Origin: Escherichia coli
Lineage (GTDB): Bacteria; Pseudomonadota; Gammaproteobacteria; Enterobacterales; Enterobacteriaceae
DNA: 64,000 nucleotides
Direction: 5' to 3' (one strand)
NCBI RefSeq assembly: GCF_041886205.1
Contig: NZ_CP169029.1
Shown in pieces: positions 25,220-35,513 of the stretch (within the stretch, counting starts at the first letter, position 1; every line of letters begins with the position of its first letter). A model generated the notes under the pieces. The model worked only from the letters and a program-made list of their open reading frames with translations. It was not told where the DNA came from and did not search any database. The position numbers and the translations under genes are program-made.

Positions 25220-26345
25220 AAAGTTGATTATCGAGGCCAAAATTCTCACCGAACCAGAGGCTGAAGTCGAGCGGGTGATGCATGTGTGTAACGCATGTCG
25301 CTATTGCGAAGGATTTTGCGCCGTGTTCCCGGCAATGACTCAACGACTGGAATTTGGCAAAGCCGACATTAACTATCTGGCAAATCTGTGCCATAACTGC
25401 GGCGCTTGCCTACACGCCTGCCAGTATGCTCCCCCCCATGAGTTTGGGATCAACGTGCCGAAAGCAATGGCAGAGGTACGTCTGGAAACTTATCAACAGT
25501 ACGCGCAACCGGCGGTCTTCGGGGCGCTGTATCGCCGGGCTGGCGTCACCGTGACGCTGGCACTGGTCTTAAGTATGTTCCTCTTTTTACTCCTGGCGAT
25601 GGGGCTGAAGGGATCGCTGCTCCACCCACCGCTGGCCGGTGATTTCTACCAAATCTTCCCGCACAACCTGCTGGCCTGGATGTTTGGATCGGTATTCATT
25701 CTGGCTATTGGTTTACTGATGGTAGGGGTGATCCGCTTCTGGCGCGAGATTTCTCCCGTCGGGCCGCGCCCAGCGGAAATTGCCGAAGCGTCGAGCAACG
25801 CGCTAACGCTAAAATATCTTGACGGCGGACATGGCAAAGGGTGCAACGAAGCGGACGATGCTTTCACATTGATGCGTCGTCGTTTCCACCATTTCACCTT
25901 CTACGGCTTTATGCTCTGTTTCGCCGCGACCATGGTGGCGACGGGTTACCACTACTTTGCTAGTTGGGAAGCCCCCTACCCATTCTTCAGTGTGCCGGTC
26001 ATGCTTGGCACGTTAGGAGGAGTCGGTTTAATCGTAGGCCCGGCAGGCCTGCTGTGGTTAAACCTTAAGCGCTCGCCACTGCATGGCGATGCGCGACAGA
26101 AACCGATGGATCGGGGATTTATTTTACTACTGCTCCTGACTAGCCTCACCGGTTTAGGTTTGCTGGTGGGAAGAGATACCTCATGGATGGGGATCCTGCT
26201 TGCCATCCATCTTGGCGTGGTCATGGCGCTTTTTTTAACAATTCCGTACGGAAAATTTGCCCACGGATTTTACCGCTGCGCGTCTTTACTCAAATGGGCG
26301 ATCGAGAAGCGACGTGGAAAACAGGCGGGGGTCGCAAGCGACTGA
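25206..26345 (+). CDS. tcuB: TcuB-like membrane Fe-S protein (379 aa)
   Basis: Cys clusters [11 protein letters not shown] and [11 protein letters not shown] followed by multiple TM segments; start overlaps the tcuA stop (ORF-track start trimmed to MKQLEK). Confidence 0.75.
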
Positions 26346-26399
26346 CCCGCACACTCTTACCTCTATACATAATTATGATAAGGCAATGGAGCAACCTCA

Positions 26400-27695
26400 A
26401 TGACTCAACAACCATCGCGTACCGGCACGTTCGGCGCAATACTCCGTGTTACCAGCGGTAATTTCCTCGAACAGTTCGATTTTTTCCTGTTTGGTTTTTA
26501 CGCTACTTATATCGCAAAGACGTTTTTTCCTGCCGAAAGTGAGTTTGCCGCATTAATGCTTACTTTTGCCGTTTTTGGCTCCGGCTTTTTAATGCGCCCT
26601 ATCGGGGCCGTGGTATTGGGTGCATATATCGACAGAATTGGGCGACGGAAAGGGCTGATGGTTACCCTGGCGATTATGGGCTGCGGCACGATGCTCATCG
26701 CCCTCGTTCCGGGTTATCAGACTATCGGCCTGCTGGCCCCTGTACTGGTCCTGGTGGGGCGTCTGCTACAGGGATTTTCTGCTGGAGTCGAACTGGGCGG
26801 CGTCTCTGTTTATCTTTCTGAGATCGCCACACCAGGCAATAAAGGCTTTTATACCAGTTGGCAATCGGCCAGCCAGCAGGTGGCGATTGTGGTCGCCGCG
26901 CTGATCGGGTACGGTCTGAATGCCACGCTGGGACACGATGAAATCTCCGAATGGGGTTGGCGAATACCGTTCTTCATTGGCTGCATGATTATTCCGCTGA
27001 TTTTTGTTCTGCGACGTTCGCTTCAGGAAACTGAAACCTTTTTACAGCGTAAACACCGTCCGGACACCCGGGAAATTTTTACCACCATTGCTAAAAACTG
27101 GCGTATTATCACTGCGGGAACCCTGCTGGTGGCGATGACGACCACGACATTTTATTTTATTACTGTCTATACCCCCACTTACGGGAGAACGGTGTTGAAC
27201 CTGAGCGCACGTGATAGTCTGATCGTCACTATGCTGGTAGGGATTTCTAACTTTATATGGCTGCCGATTGGCGGCGCGATCTCTGACCGGATTGGGCGTC
27301 TCCCGGTGCTAATGGGCATCACCTTACTCGCCATCGTCACCACCTGGCCGGTGATGCACTGGCTTACCGCTGCACCTGACGTCACCCGCATGACACTGGT
27401 GCTGCTCTGGTTCTCGTTCTTTTTTGGGATGTATAACGGTGCAATGGTAGCAGCCCTGACAGAAGTGATGCCGGTTTATGTCCGAACCGTGGGTTTTTCG
27501 CTGGCCTTTAGTCTCGCCACGGCGATTTTCGGCGGCCTGACACCAGCCATCTCCACTGCATTGGTCCAGTTGACAGGCGATAAAAGTTCTCCTGGATGGT
27601 GGCTAATGTGCGCTGCGCTGTGCGGGCTCGCCGCGACGACAATACTGTTTGCTCGTCTCAGTAGTGGTTATCAGACAGTAAAAAATAAGCTCTGA
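26400..27695 (+). CDS. tcuC: TcuC-like MFS transporter (citrate/tricarballylate-proton symporter family), 431 aa
   Basis: 12-TM MFS protein with a metabolite-proton symporter signature; last gene of the cluster. Confidence 0.8.
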   Translation: MTQQPSRTGTFGAILRVTSGNFLEQFDFFLFGFYATYIAKTFFPAESEFAALMLTFAVFGSGFLMRPIGAVVLGAYIDRIGRRKGLMVTLAIMGCGTMLIALVPGYQTIGLLAPVLVLVGRLLQGFSAGVELGGVSVYLSEIATPGNKGFYTSWQSASQQVAIVVAALIGYGLNATLGHDEISEWGWRIPFFIGCMIIPLIFVLRRSLQETETFLQRKHRPDTREIFTTIAKNWRIITAGTLLVAMTTTTFYFITVYTPTYGRTVLNLSARDSLIVTMLVGISNFIWLPIGGAISDRIGRLPVLMGITLLAIVTTWPVMHWLTAAPDVTRMTLVLLWFSFFFGMYNGAMVAALTEVMPVYVRTVGFSLAFSLATAIFGGLTPAISTALVQLTGDKSSPGWWLMCAALCGLAATTILFARLSSGYQTVKNKL

Positions 27696-27701
27696 AACGC
27701 A

Positions 27702-27735
27702 AGCAGGCAGAGATATATGTCTGCCTGCTTTCTCC
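27702..27735 (+). terminator. Rho-independent terminator after tcuC
   Basis: AGCAGGCAGA ... TCTGCCTGCT perfect 10-bp stem, 8-nt loop, then TTTCTCC. Confidence 0.6.
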
Positions 27736-27992
27736 AGTGCGCCGTAAACCGTGGGCAGCGTGGCACGGGAGTTACGTCACCGGGCTCTATGCCAACAGTT
27801 CAGTGAGTTCGCCGGCGCATCGATGGCTGGTTATGCCAGCAATGTTCAGAGGGAAGAATAATCGTGTGATCATAGCTCGCTTATTCCTTGCCTGGGTTAA
27901 ATTTTCAGACGGCTCAATCCATAAAACCGGTGACTGGGATTAACGTAAGTACGCCCTCTTTCCATCAACACTTCAGGCAGCTTGCGGGAATG

Positions 27993-28175
27993 AGTCCACT
28001 CCGGTATCAGAAATGACTATGCCTCAGAAGACAGGCGACTAACGATGTCACCACAGCAGCCTATACTGTCGGTTACGAAAGCTTATCCCATTTCAGTCGG
28101 GAATATTCGCGGATGTTTGGAGAGTCACCTAAGAGAGATATTGCCAGGTTAAGAAAGTCTGTCTATCAGCTTTAA
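27993..28175 (+). pseudogene. yneL: AraC-family regulator C-terminal fragment (second HTH only), yneL-like remnant
   Basis: Open frame reads ...[45 protein letters not shown], the characteristic end of an AraC/XylS HTH; no in-frame N-terminal domain upstream. Confidence 0.5.
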
Positions 28176-28608
28176 TAAACCCTGCATTTATCTGGTTAGA
28201 GCAATTTGGCGTTAGTTTCAGCAAGCAAACATTAACCATAGCTAATGATTTTTAGCTATATAAACCATTAGTAACTCTTGACCTTTCCTGACACTTCCCT
28301 TGTTCGCAATAATATTCTGTTTAGTCGCTGTTTATAAATAACATGCATAATGAAATCGTCATGTTATTTAGCGACATAAAATGTCTTTGCAAATACTCTC
28401 TTCAATAAGTGCAGCAATAAACTTGTTGTGGATAGGTGTCCTTGTGATTTAAAGATATTATCGTTCTTCGTGAAATGTAATAACCCTGGAAACTATATTC
28501 TCAGGGCAACAGCCAATCAAGAATGATTCTTGTTTTATAAGCAATAACAGAATGACTTAATTGTTAACTCTCTTTATTCAGCTACTTAAATGTAAATTTT
28601 GGAGAATT

Positions 28609-28749
28609 ATGAAACTCAAACATGTCGGTATGATTGTCGTTTCTGTGTTGGCGATGTCGTCTGCTGCGGTAAGTGCAGCCGAGGGTGATGAATCAGTAAC
28701 GACCACTGTTAATGGCGGTGTTATTCATTTTAAAGGTGAAGTGGTAAAT
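28609..28749 (+). pseudogene. FimA-like fimbrial major subunit, N-terminal 47 codons only (signal peptide plus start of the pilin domain)
   Basis: [47 protein letters not shown] closely matches the FimA N-terminus ([16 protein letters not shown]); reading frame is interrupted by IS3 at 28750. Confidence 0.65.
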
Positions 28750-28779
28750 TGATCCTACCCACGTAATATGGACACAGGC

Positions 28780-29646
28780 CTAAGCGAGGTTCTTGTTTTC
28801 AAATTGTTCCGGACTGAGGCCGCCACACCAACTGTGCCGCCGCCACCGATTGTAATCACATTCGATATAATTAAACACCGTTGCCCGCATTATTTCCCGG
28901 CTGATAAAGTGTTCTCCATGGATACATTCCACTTTCAGCGAATGAAAGAAGCTTTCCACGCAGGCATTATCGTAGCAGCAACCTTTTGCGCTCATACTTC
29001 CACGCAGATTATGCCGCTTCAGTTGCGCCTGATAATCTGCTGAACAGTACTGGCCTCCACGGTCCGTGTGAACGATAACGTTCCGGGGCCTCTTACGCCG
29101 CCACAGCGCCATCTGCAGGGCATCGCAGGCCAGTTGCGCCGTCATGCGTGGCGACATTGACCAGCCAATAACGGCACGTGACCACAGGTCAATGACCACT
29201 GCCAGATACAGCCAGCCTTCATCTGTACGTAAGTACGTGATGTCTCCTGCCCACTTCTGGTTCGGGCCACTGGCGTAAAAATCCTGCTCCAACAGATTTT
29301 CTGACACAGGCAGGCCGTTTGCGCGGTAGCTGACCGGGCTGAACTTCCGGGAGGCCTTTGCCCTCAGTCCCTGACGGCGCAGGCTTGCCGCCACGGTTTT
29401 TACGTTAAAGGGGTAACCCTGAGCACGCAGTTCATCCGTCAGGCGTGGGGCACCGTAACGCTGTTTTGACCGGGTAAAAGCCGCGAGGACAACGCTGTCG
29501 CAGTGTTGGCGGAACTGCTGACGCGTGCTTATCCTTGTCCGCCGCTGACACCACGTATACCAGCCGCTGCGGGCCACCCGGAGCACGCGGCACATTGCTT
29601 TGATGCTGAACTCAGCCTGATGTTTTTCAATAAAGACATACTTCAT
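28780..29646 (-). CDS. insF: IS3 OrfB transposase (DDE integrase domain), 288 aa
   Basis: Translation [32 protein letters not shown]...; DDE catalytic domain; overlaps orfA in the -1 frame. Confidence 0.85.
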   Translation of the reverse strand: MKYVFIEKHQAEFSIKAMCRVLRVARSGWYTWCQRRTRISTRQQFRQHCDSVVLAAFTRSKQRYGAPRLTDELRAQGYPFNVKTVAASLRRQGLRAKASRKFSPVSYRANGLPVSENLLEQDFYASGPNQKWAGDITYLRTDEGWLYLAVVIDLWSRAVIGWSMSPRMTAQLACDALQMALWRRKRPRNVIVHTDRGGQYCSADYQAQLKRHNLRGSMSAKGCCYDNACVESFFHSLKVECIHGEHFISREIMRATVFNYIECDYNRWRRHSWCGGLSPEQFENKNLA

Positions 29647-29942
29647 TTCAGGCGCTTCGCGAAGTATGTCGCGGCCTTTTGGAGGATAGCCAGCTCTTCA
29701 TCCCGTTCTGCCAGCTGGCGTTTGAGACGTGCAATCTCGGTAGACATCTCCAGTTCACGTTCAGAAGACGTCTGCTGATTTTGCTGTTTACTGCGCCAGT
29801 TGTAGAGCTGTGATTCATACAGGCTGAGTTCACGGGCTGCGGCAGTAACACCGATGCGTTCAGCAAGCTTCAGGGCTTCACTGCGAAATTCAGGCGAATG
29901 CTGTTTACGGGGTTTTTTACTGGTTGATACTGTTTTTGTCAT
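29643..29942 (-). CDS. insE: IS3 OrfA (HTH and leucine zipper), 99 aa
   Basis: Translation [53 protein letters not shown]...; ORF-track start trimmed to MTKTV. Confidence 0.85.
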   Translation of the reverse strand: MTKTVSTSKKPRKQHSPEFRSEALKLAERIGVTAAARELSLYESQLYNWRSKQQNQQTSSERELEMSTEIARLKRQLAERDEELAILQKAATYFAKRLK

Positions 29943-30007
29943 GTGAGTCACCTCTGACTGAGAGTTTACTCACTTAGCCGCGTGTCCACTATTGCTGGGT
30001 AAGATCA

Positions 30008-30343
30008 AATGTTGAACTGGATGAAACCGTGGTCACTGTCATCCCAACTCACGGTGCTATTGCCAGAGCAACATTTAATGCACAAATCGGCGGGAAAGTA
30101 TTAATGACGTTGAAGTACGGTAATAAGAGCGTTCCATTCGGTGCAATTGTCACACACGGAGAGAATAAAAATGGCAGCATTGTCGCGGAAAACGGTCAGG
30201 TTTATCTGACTGGACTTCCACAGTCAGGGAAATTACAGGTTTCATGGGGTAAAGATAAAAACTCAAACTGTATTGTCGAGTACAAGCTTCCTGAAGTTTC
30301 TCCTGGTACCTTACTGAACCAGCAGACAGCAATCTGTCGCTAA
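30008..30343 (+). pseudogene. ydeT: Fimbrial usher C-terminal fragment (ydeT-type remnant)
   Basis: ...FGAIVTHGENKNGSIVAENGQVYLTGLPQSGKLQVSWGKDKNSNCIVEYKLPEVSPGTLLNQQTAICR matches the C-terminal domain of FimD-type ushers; in frame with the FimA-like fragment once IS3 and one AAT copy are removed. Confidence 0.7.
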
Positions 30344-30356
30344 GGAACAATAGATT

Positions 30357-30887
30357 ATGAAATACAATAACATTATTTTCCTCGGTTTATGTCTGGGGTT
30401 AACCACCTATTCTGCTTTATCCGCAGATAGCGTTATTAAAATTAGCGGGCGCGTCCTCGATTATGGCTGCACAGTCTCATCGGATTCGCTTAATTTTACC
30501 GTAGATCTCCAAAAAAACAGTGCCAGACAATTCCCAACGACCGGTAGCACAAGTCCAGCCGTCCCTTTTCAGATTACGTTAAGTGAATGCAGCAAAGGGA
30601 CAACGGGGGTTCGGGTTGCATTTAACGGTATTGAGGATGCAGAAAATAATACTCTGTTGAAACTGGATGAGGGAAGCAATACGGCCTCCGGTTTGGGTAT
30701 AGAAATACTGGACGGAAATATGCGTCCGGTGAAACTGAATGACCTTCATGCCGGGATGCAGTGGATCCCACTGGTACCAGAACAGAACAATATTTTGCCT
30801 TACTCCGCTCGTCTGAAGTCAACTCAGAAGTCCGTCAATCCGGGACTGGTGAGGGCTTCGGCAACCTTTACCCTTGAATTTCAATAA
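30357..30887 (+). CDS. ydeS: Fimbrial minor subunit (F9-like operon), 176 aa
   Basis: Signal peptide, pilin-like fold with a conserved Cys pair; position after the usher remnant. Confidence 0.8.
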   Translation: MKYNNIIFLGLCLGLTTYSALSADSVIKISGRVLDYGCTVSSDSLNFTVDLQKNSARQFPTTGSTSPAVPFQITLSECSKGTTGVRVAFNGIEDAENNTLLKLDEGSNTASGLGIEILDGNMRPVKLNDLHAGMQWIPLVPEQNNILPYSARLKSTQKSVNPGLVRASATFTLEFQ

Positions 30888-30899
30888 TCAGAGTCAGAT

Positions 30900-31403
30900 A
30901 TGAAAAGACTTCACAAGAGGTTCCTGTTAGCTACGTTTTGCTCGTTATTCACAGCAACTCTCCAGGCCGCCGATGTCACTATCACTGTTAATGGTCGGGT
31001 AGTCGCTAAACCCTGCACTATTCAAACCAAAGAAGCTAACGTTAATCTCGGGGATCTTTATACGCGCAATCTGCAACAACCTGGTTCTGCATCTGGCTGG
31101 CACAATATTACTTTGTCATTAACCGATTGTCCGGTTGAAACAAGTGCAGTGACGGCAATCGTGACAGGTTCAACTGACAATACGGGTTATTACAAAAATG
31201 AAGGTACTGCCGAAAATATTCAGATAGAGCTGAGGGATGACCAGGATGCTGCGTTAAAAAATGGCGATAGCAAAACGGTTATTGTTGATGAGATCACTCG
31301 TAATGCACAGTTTCCACTTAAGGCAAGAGCTATCACGGTGAATGGAAACGCAAGCCAGGGAACGATCGAGGCGCTAATCAATGTGATCTACACCTGGCAA
31401 TAA
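30900..31403 (+). CDS. ydeR: Fimbrial minor subunit (F9-like operon), 167 aa
   Basis: Signal peptide [23 protein letters not shown], pilin-like; operon context. Confidence 0.8.
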   Translation: MKRLHKRFLLATFCSLFTATLQAADVTITVNGRVVAKPCTIQTKEANVNLGDLYTRNLQQPGSASGWHNITLSLTDCPVETSAVTAIVTGSTDNTGYYKNEGTAENIQIELRDDQDAALKNGDSKTVIVDEITRNAQFPLKARAITVNGNASQGTIEALINVIYTWQ

Positions 31404-31461
31404 CGTCGATTCGATTTTCTTAGCCTTCTTTTTAAATCAATTTTTAACCTTAGGATATATC

Positions 31462-32376
31462 ATGGGTAAAACAATCAGTATAAAGGTCCTGTTCGGTATT
31501 TATCTTCTATTAATGGCAGGCAAAGTTTTTGCCTTCAGTTGTAATGTCGATGGCGGGTCAAGTATTGGAGCAGGTACAACCTCTGTTTATGTTAATCTCG
31601 ACCCTGTAATACAGCCGGGCCAGAATCTGGTTGTAGACTTGTCTCAGCATATAAGTTGCTGGAATGATTACGGCGGCTGGTACGACACTGATCATATAAA
31701 CCTGGTACAAGGCTCAGCTTTCGCAGGCTCCCTACAGTCATATAAAGGATCGCTGTACTGGAATAATGTGACCTACCCCTTCCCGTTGACGACAAATACC
31801 AACGTATTGGATATTGGTGATAAGACACCGATGCCATTACCGTTAAAACTCTATATTACCCCAGTTGGGGCGGCCGGTGGAGTTGTCATAAAAGCGGGGG
31901 AAGTCATTGCCCGTATTCATATGTATAAAATTGCCACGTTAGGAAGCGGAAATCCGCGTAATTTTACGTGGAATATTATTTCAAATAACAGTATTGTTAT
32001 GCCAACAGGCGGCTGCACCGTTGATAGTCGTAATGTCACTGTGGATCTCCCGGACTTTCCTGGAAGCGCAGAAATACCCCTTGGCGTATATTGCTCAAGC
32101 GAACAAAAGCTCTCATTTTATCTTTCGGGTGCCACCACTGACAGTAGCCGACAAGTGTTTGCTAACACAGCACCTGATGCAACAAAAGCATCGGGAGTGG
32201 GTGTCTCTCTGATGCGTAATGGAAAAATACTGGCTACGGGAGAAAATGTCTCCCTGGGGACAGTAAATAAAAGCAAAGTACCTCTGGGTTTAAGCGCAAC
32301 CTATGGACAAACAGGAAACAAGGTTGCAGCCGGAACCGTCCAGTCGGTCATTGGTGTCACTTTTATCTATGAATAA
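31462..32376 (+). CDS. ydeQ: FimH-like two-domain fimbrial tip adhesin (F9-like operon), 304 aa
   Basis: Signal peptide, FimH-like lectin plus pilin domain length and composition; last gene of the operon. Confidence 0.8.
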   Translation: MGKTISIKVLFGIYLLLMAGKVFAFSCNVDGGSSIGAGTTSVYVNLDPVIQPGQNLVVDLSQHISCWNDYGGWYDTDHINLVQGSAFAGSLQSYKGSLYWNNVTYPFPLTTNTNVLDIGDKTPMPLPLKLYITPVGAAGGVVIKAGEVIARIHMYKIATLGSGNPRNFTWNIISNNSIVMPTGGCTVDSRNVTVDLPDFPGSAEIPLGVYCSSEQKLSFYLSGATTDSSRQVFANTAPDATKASGVGVSLMRNGKILATGENVSLGTVNKSKVPLGLSATYGQTGNKVAAGTVQSVIGVTFIYE

Positions 32377-32448
32377 TTGTGATTTTGATCTTAGTCTATG
32401 CGCTCCATTCACGAAAATTGCGCGGATAATTATTTTGTGAAGGCTATT

Positions 32449-32466
32449 ATCCTACACCTGTAAGAA
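32449..32466 (+). promoter_or_regulatory. EvgA box upstream of ydeP (TCCTACA-CC-TGTAAGA)
   Basis: Sequence ATCCTACACCTGTAAGAA matches the EvgA inverted-repeat consensus TTCYTACA..TGTARGAA; ydeP is a known direct EvgA target. Confidence 0.55.
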
Positions 32467-32714
32467 AATCCGCGCACAATTGAAGCCAGAGTCTTATTTT
32501 TTATATTGAAAAATATGTTAATTTAAACACTATGAGAGATGATGCTTAACTTATAGTATTTATACTAATCTATTATTTAACGATAATAGGTTAAAAATAG
32601 ATAGAGAGTAGTCCCCTACTCTTATATATCCATGTTGACGATAATCCCTTTGTATATACTGTGCATCATCGCTATTTCAAATCCTAATAATTCATTTCCA
32701 CACAGGATAAGTAG

Positions 32715-34994
32715 ATGAAGAAAAAAATTGAATCCTACCAGGGTGCTGCCGGTGGTTGGGGTGCTGTTAAATCCGTAGCGAATGCAGTACGTAAGCAGAT
32801 GGATATACGCCAGGATGTTATTGCCATGTTTGACATGAATAAGCCAGAGGGCTTTGACTGTCCGGGTTGTGCATGGCCAGATCCTAAGCACAGTGCGTCA
32901 TTCGACATTTGTGAAAACGGCGCAAAAGCAATCGCCTGGGAAGTCACGGATAAGCAGGTAAATGCCTCTTTCTTTGCTGAGAATACGGTTCAATCATTAC
33001 TTACCTGGGGAGATCACGAGCTTGAGGCTGCGGGACGTCTCACTCAGCCTTTGAAATATGATGCTGTCAGCGACTGTTACAAGCCATTAAGCTGGCAACA
33101 AGCTTTCGACGAAATTGGCGCACGCCTTCAAAGCTATAGTGATCCCAATCAGGTTGAATTCTATACTTCGGGCCGCACTTCCAATGAAGCTGCCTTTCTT
33201 TATCAGCTTTTTGCCCGTGAATACGGGAGCAATAACTTTCCCGACTGCTCCAACATGTGCCATGAACCGACCAGTGTGGGTTTGGCAGCGAGTATCGGTG
33301 TGGGTAAAGGGACTGTGTTGCTGGAAGACTTTGAGAAGTGCGATTTAGTCATTTGCATTGGGCATAACCCTGGTACAAACCACCCCCGCATGCTGACTTC
33401 GTTGCGCGCTTTAGTGAAACGGGGAGCGAAAATGATCGCCATAAACCCTCTACAGGAACGTGGTCTGGAGCGATTTACCGCACCGCAAAACCCGTTTGAA
33501 ATGCTGACGAACTCTGAGACTCAGTTGGCCAGTGCCTACTACAACGTGCGCATTGGTGGCGATATGGCGTTGCTCAAGGGGATGATGCGCCTGTTAATTG
33601 AGCGCGATGATGCTGCAAGCGCCGCAGGTCGGCCCTCATTGCTTGATGACGAATTTATTCAAACACATACCGTCGGCTTTGACGAGCTACGCCGTGACGT
33701 TCTCAATTCCGAGTGGAAAGATATCGAACGTATTTCTGGACTAAGTCAGACTCAAATCGCCGAACTGGCTGACGCATATGCCGCTGCCGAACGCACCATT
33801 ATCTGTTACGGAATGGGGATCACTCAGCACGAACATGGTACCCAGAACGTACAGCAACTGGTCAATTTGCTGTTGATGAAAGGTAACATTGGCAAGCCTG
33901 GTGCGGGTATCTGCCCACTACGTGGTCACTCTAATGTACAGGGCGACCGAACCGTCGGTATCACCGAGAAACCGTCTGCAGAGTTTCTGGCTCGCCTGGG
34001 TGAGCGCTATGGCTTCACCCCACCTCATGCACCTGGACATGCTGCAATTGCCAGCATGCAAGCAATATGTACAGGGCAGGCTCGAGCATTGATCTGCATG
34101 GGGGGCAACTTTGCACTGGCAATGCCAGATCGGGAAGCGAGCGCTGTACCGTTAACGCAATTAGATCTGGCGGTACACGTTGCCACTAAGCTTAACCGCT
34201 CTCATCTGCTGACCGCACGGCATAGCTATATTCTGCCGGTTCTGGGACGTAGCGAGATTGACATGCAAAAAAGCGGTGCGCAGGCGGTAACCGTTGAGGA
34301 TTCAATGTCGATGATTCATGCCTCGCGTGGCGTGTTAAAACCCGCCGGTGTAATGCTGAAATCAGAGTGTGCAGTGGTCGCGGGAATCGCGCAGGCAGCA
34401 CTACCCCAGAGCGTGGTAGCCTGGGAGTATCTGGTGGAAGATTATGATCGCATTCGCAATGACATTGAAGCTGTGCTGCCAGAGTTCGCCGACTATAACC
34501 AGCGCATCCGTCATCCCGGTGGTTTTCACCTGATAAATGCAGCTGCTGAAAGGCGCTGGATGACGCCGTCAGGTAAGGCTAATTTCATTACCAGCAAAGG
34601 GCTGTTAGAAGATCCCTCTTCAGCGTTTAACAGTAAGCTGGTCATGGCGACAGTACGCAGTCACGATCAGTACAACACGACGATTTATGGTATGGATGAT
34701 CGCTATCGAGGGGTATTCGGTCAACGAGATGTGGTCTTTATGAGTGCTAAACAAGCTAAAATTTGCCGTGTAAAAAACGGCGAAAGAGTTAATCTTATTG
34801 CGCTTACGCCAGACGGTAAGCGCAGCTCACGCCGCATGGATAGATTAAAAGTGGTCATTTACCCTATGGCTGACCGCTCACTGGTGACCTATTTTCCAGA
34901 ATCGAATCACATGCTAACTCTTGATAACCACGATCCATTAAGTGGCATTCCTGGTTATAAAAGTATTCCGGTTGAATTAGAACCATCAAATTAA
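32715..34994 (+). CDS. ydeP: YdeP, molybdopterin oxidoreductase-family acid-resistance protein (759 aa)
   Basis: Full-length ORF; molybdopterin oxidoreductase (formate-dehydrogenase-like) domains; position before safA-ydeO. Confidence 0.9.
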   Translation: MKKKIESYQGAAGGWGAVKSVANAVRKQMDIRQDVIAMFDMNKPEGFDCPGCAWPDPKHSASFDICENGAKAIAWEVTDKQVNASFFAENTVQSLLTWGDHELEAAGRLTQPLKYDAVSDCYKPLSWQQAFDEIGARLQSYSDPNQVEFYTSGRTSNEAAFLYQLFAREYGSNNFPDCSNMCHEPTSVGLAASIGVGKGTVLLEDFEKCDLVICIGHNPGTNHPRMLTSLRALVKRGAKMIAINPLQERGLERFTAPQNPFEMLTNSETQLASAYYNVRIGGDMALLKGMMRLLIERDDAASAAGRPSLLDDEFIQTHTVGFDELRRDVLNSEWKDIERISGLSQTQIAELADAYAAAERTIICYGMGITQHEHGTQNVQQLVNLLLMKGNIGKPGAGICPLRGHSNVQGDRTVGITEKPSAEFLARLGERYGFTPPHAPGHAAIASMQAICTGQARALICMGGNFALAMPDREASAVPLTQLDLAVHVATKLNRSHLLTARHSYILPVLGRSEIDMQKSGAQAVTVEDSMSMIHASRGVLKPAGVMLKSECAVVAGIAQAALPQSVVAWEYLVEDYDRIRNDIEAVLPEFADYNQRIRHPGGFHLINAAAERRWMTPSGKANFITSKGLLEDPSSAFNSKLVMATVRSHDQYNTTIYGMDDRYRGVFGQRDVVFMSAKQAKICRVKNGERVNLIALTPDGKRSSRRMDRLKVVIYPMADRSLVTYFPESNHMLTLDNHDPLSGIPGYKSIPVELEPSN

Positions 34995-35007
34995 TTCGCC
35001 TCCTCAT

Positions 35008-35044
35008 TTCTTCTGCTGTCATCCGCACAGCAGAAGAATTTCTC
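35008..35044 (+). terminator. Putative rho-independent terminator after ydeP
   Basis: TTCTTCTGCTG ... CAGCAGAAGAA 11-bp perfect stem followed by TTTCTC. Confidence 0.55.
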
Positions 35045-35112
35045 ATTGACTATTATCGCGCAATTTGCTCACATTGATTAAATTAAACCACACACTATAA
35101 GATATAAACCTC

Positions 35113-35130
35113 TGCCTACAGCTGTAAGAA
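35113..35130 (+). promoter_or_regulatory. EvgA box upstream of safA-ydeO (GCCTACA-GC-TGTAAGA)
   Basis: TGCCTACAGCTGTAAGAA matches the EvgA inverted-repeat consensus; safA-ydeO is a known EvgA-activated operon. Confidence 0.55.
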
Positions 35131-35241
35131 ACTCCGCTCAGTACTGAAGTGCCCGTCCTATTTCCTCTTTTCTCCAGCCTGTTATATTAAGCATACTGAT
35201 TAAAGATGCTTAACGTTATTCGCTTAATAAACACATTTGAA

Positions 35242-35439
35242 ATGCATGCGACCATAGTGAAAAATAAAATCACGCAAAGAGACAACTATAAAGAGATCAT
35301 GTTTGTAATTGTGGTTGTCTTATTATTGACACTTACGTTGATAGCCATTTTTTCGGCGATTGATCAGCTGGGTATTTCAGGAATGGGTCGCATTGCAAGA
35401 GATATTACACATTTCATTATCAATAGTTTGCAAGACTGA
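35242..35439 (+). CDS. safA: SafA, small membrane connector between EvgS/EvgA and PhoQ (65 aa)
   Basis: MHATIVKNKITQRDNYKEIMFVIVVVLLLTLTLIAIFSAIDQLGISGMGRIARDITHFIINSLQD; single TM helix; ORF-track start trimmed. Confidence 0.8.
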   Translation: MHATIVKNKITQRDNYKEIMFVIVVVLLLTLTLIAIFSAIDQLGISGMGRIARDITHFIINSLQD

Positions 35440-35513
35440 AAATAAACAGCAAATTATAAATGTGAAATGTTAAAAATGTATCGATAAAAACTTTATTGTT
35501 TTAAGGAGATAAA

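Larger units (their letters stand above)
28750..30007 (-). mobile_element. IS3, complete 1258-bp copy with terminal inverted repeats, flanked by a 3-bp AAT direct repeat
   Basis: Ends TGATCCTACCCACGTAATATGGACAC... (28750) and ...GTGTCCACTATTGCTGGGTAAGATCA (30007); internal orfA/orfB match IS3 InsE/InsF; AAT at 28747-28749 and 30008-30010. Confidence 0.9.

Noticed and set aside
27737-27943. 68-aa ORF between tcuC and the AraC fragment as a possible small gene
   Set aside because: No RBS or family resemblance, arbitrary composition, and it lies in a probable recombination scar; treated as non-coding.
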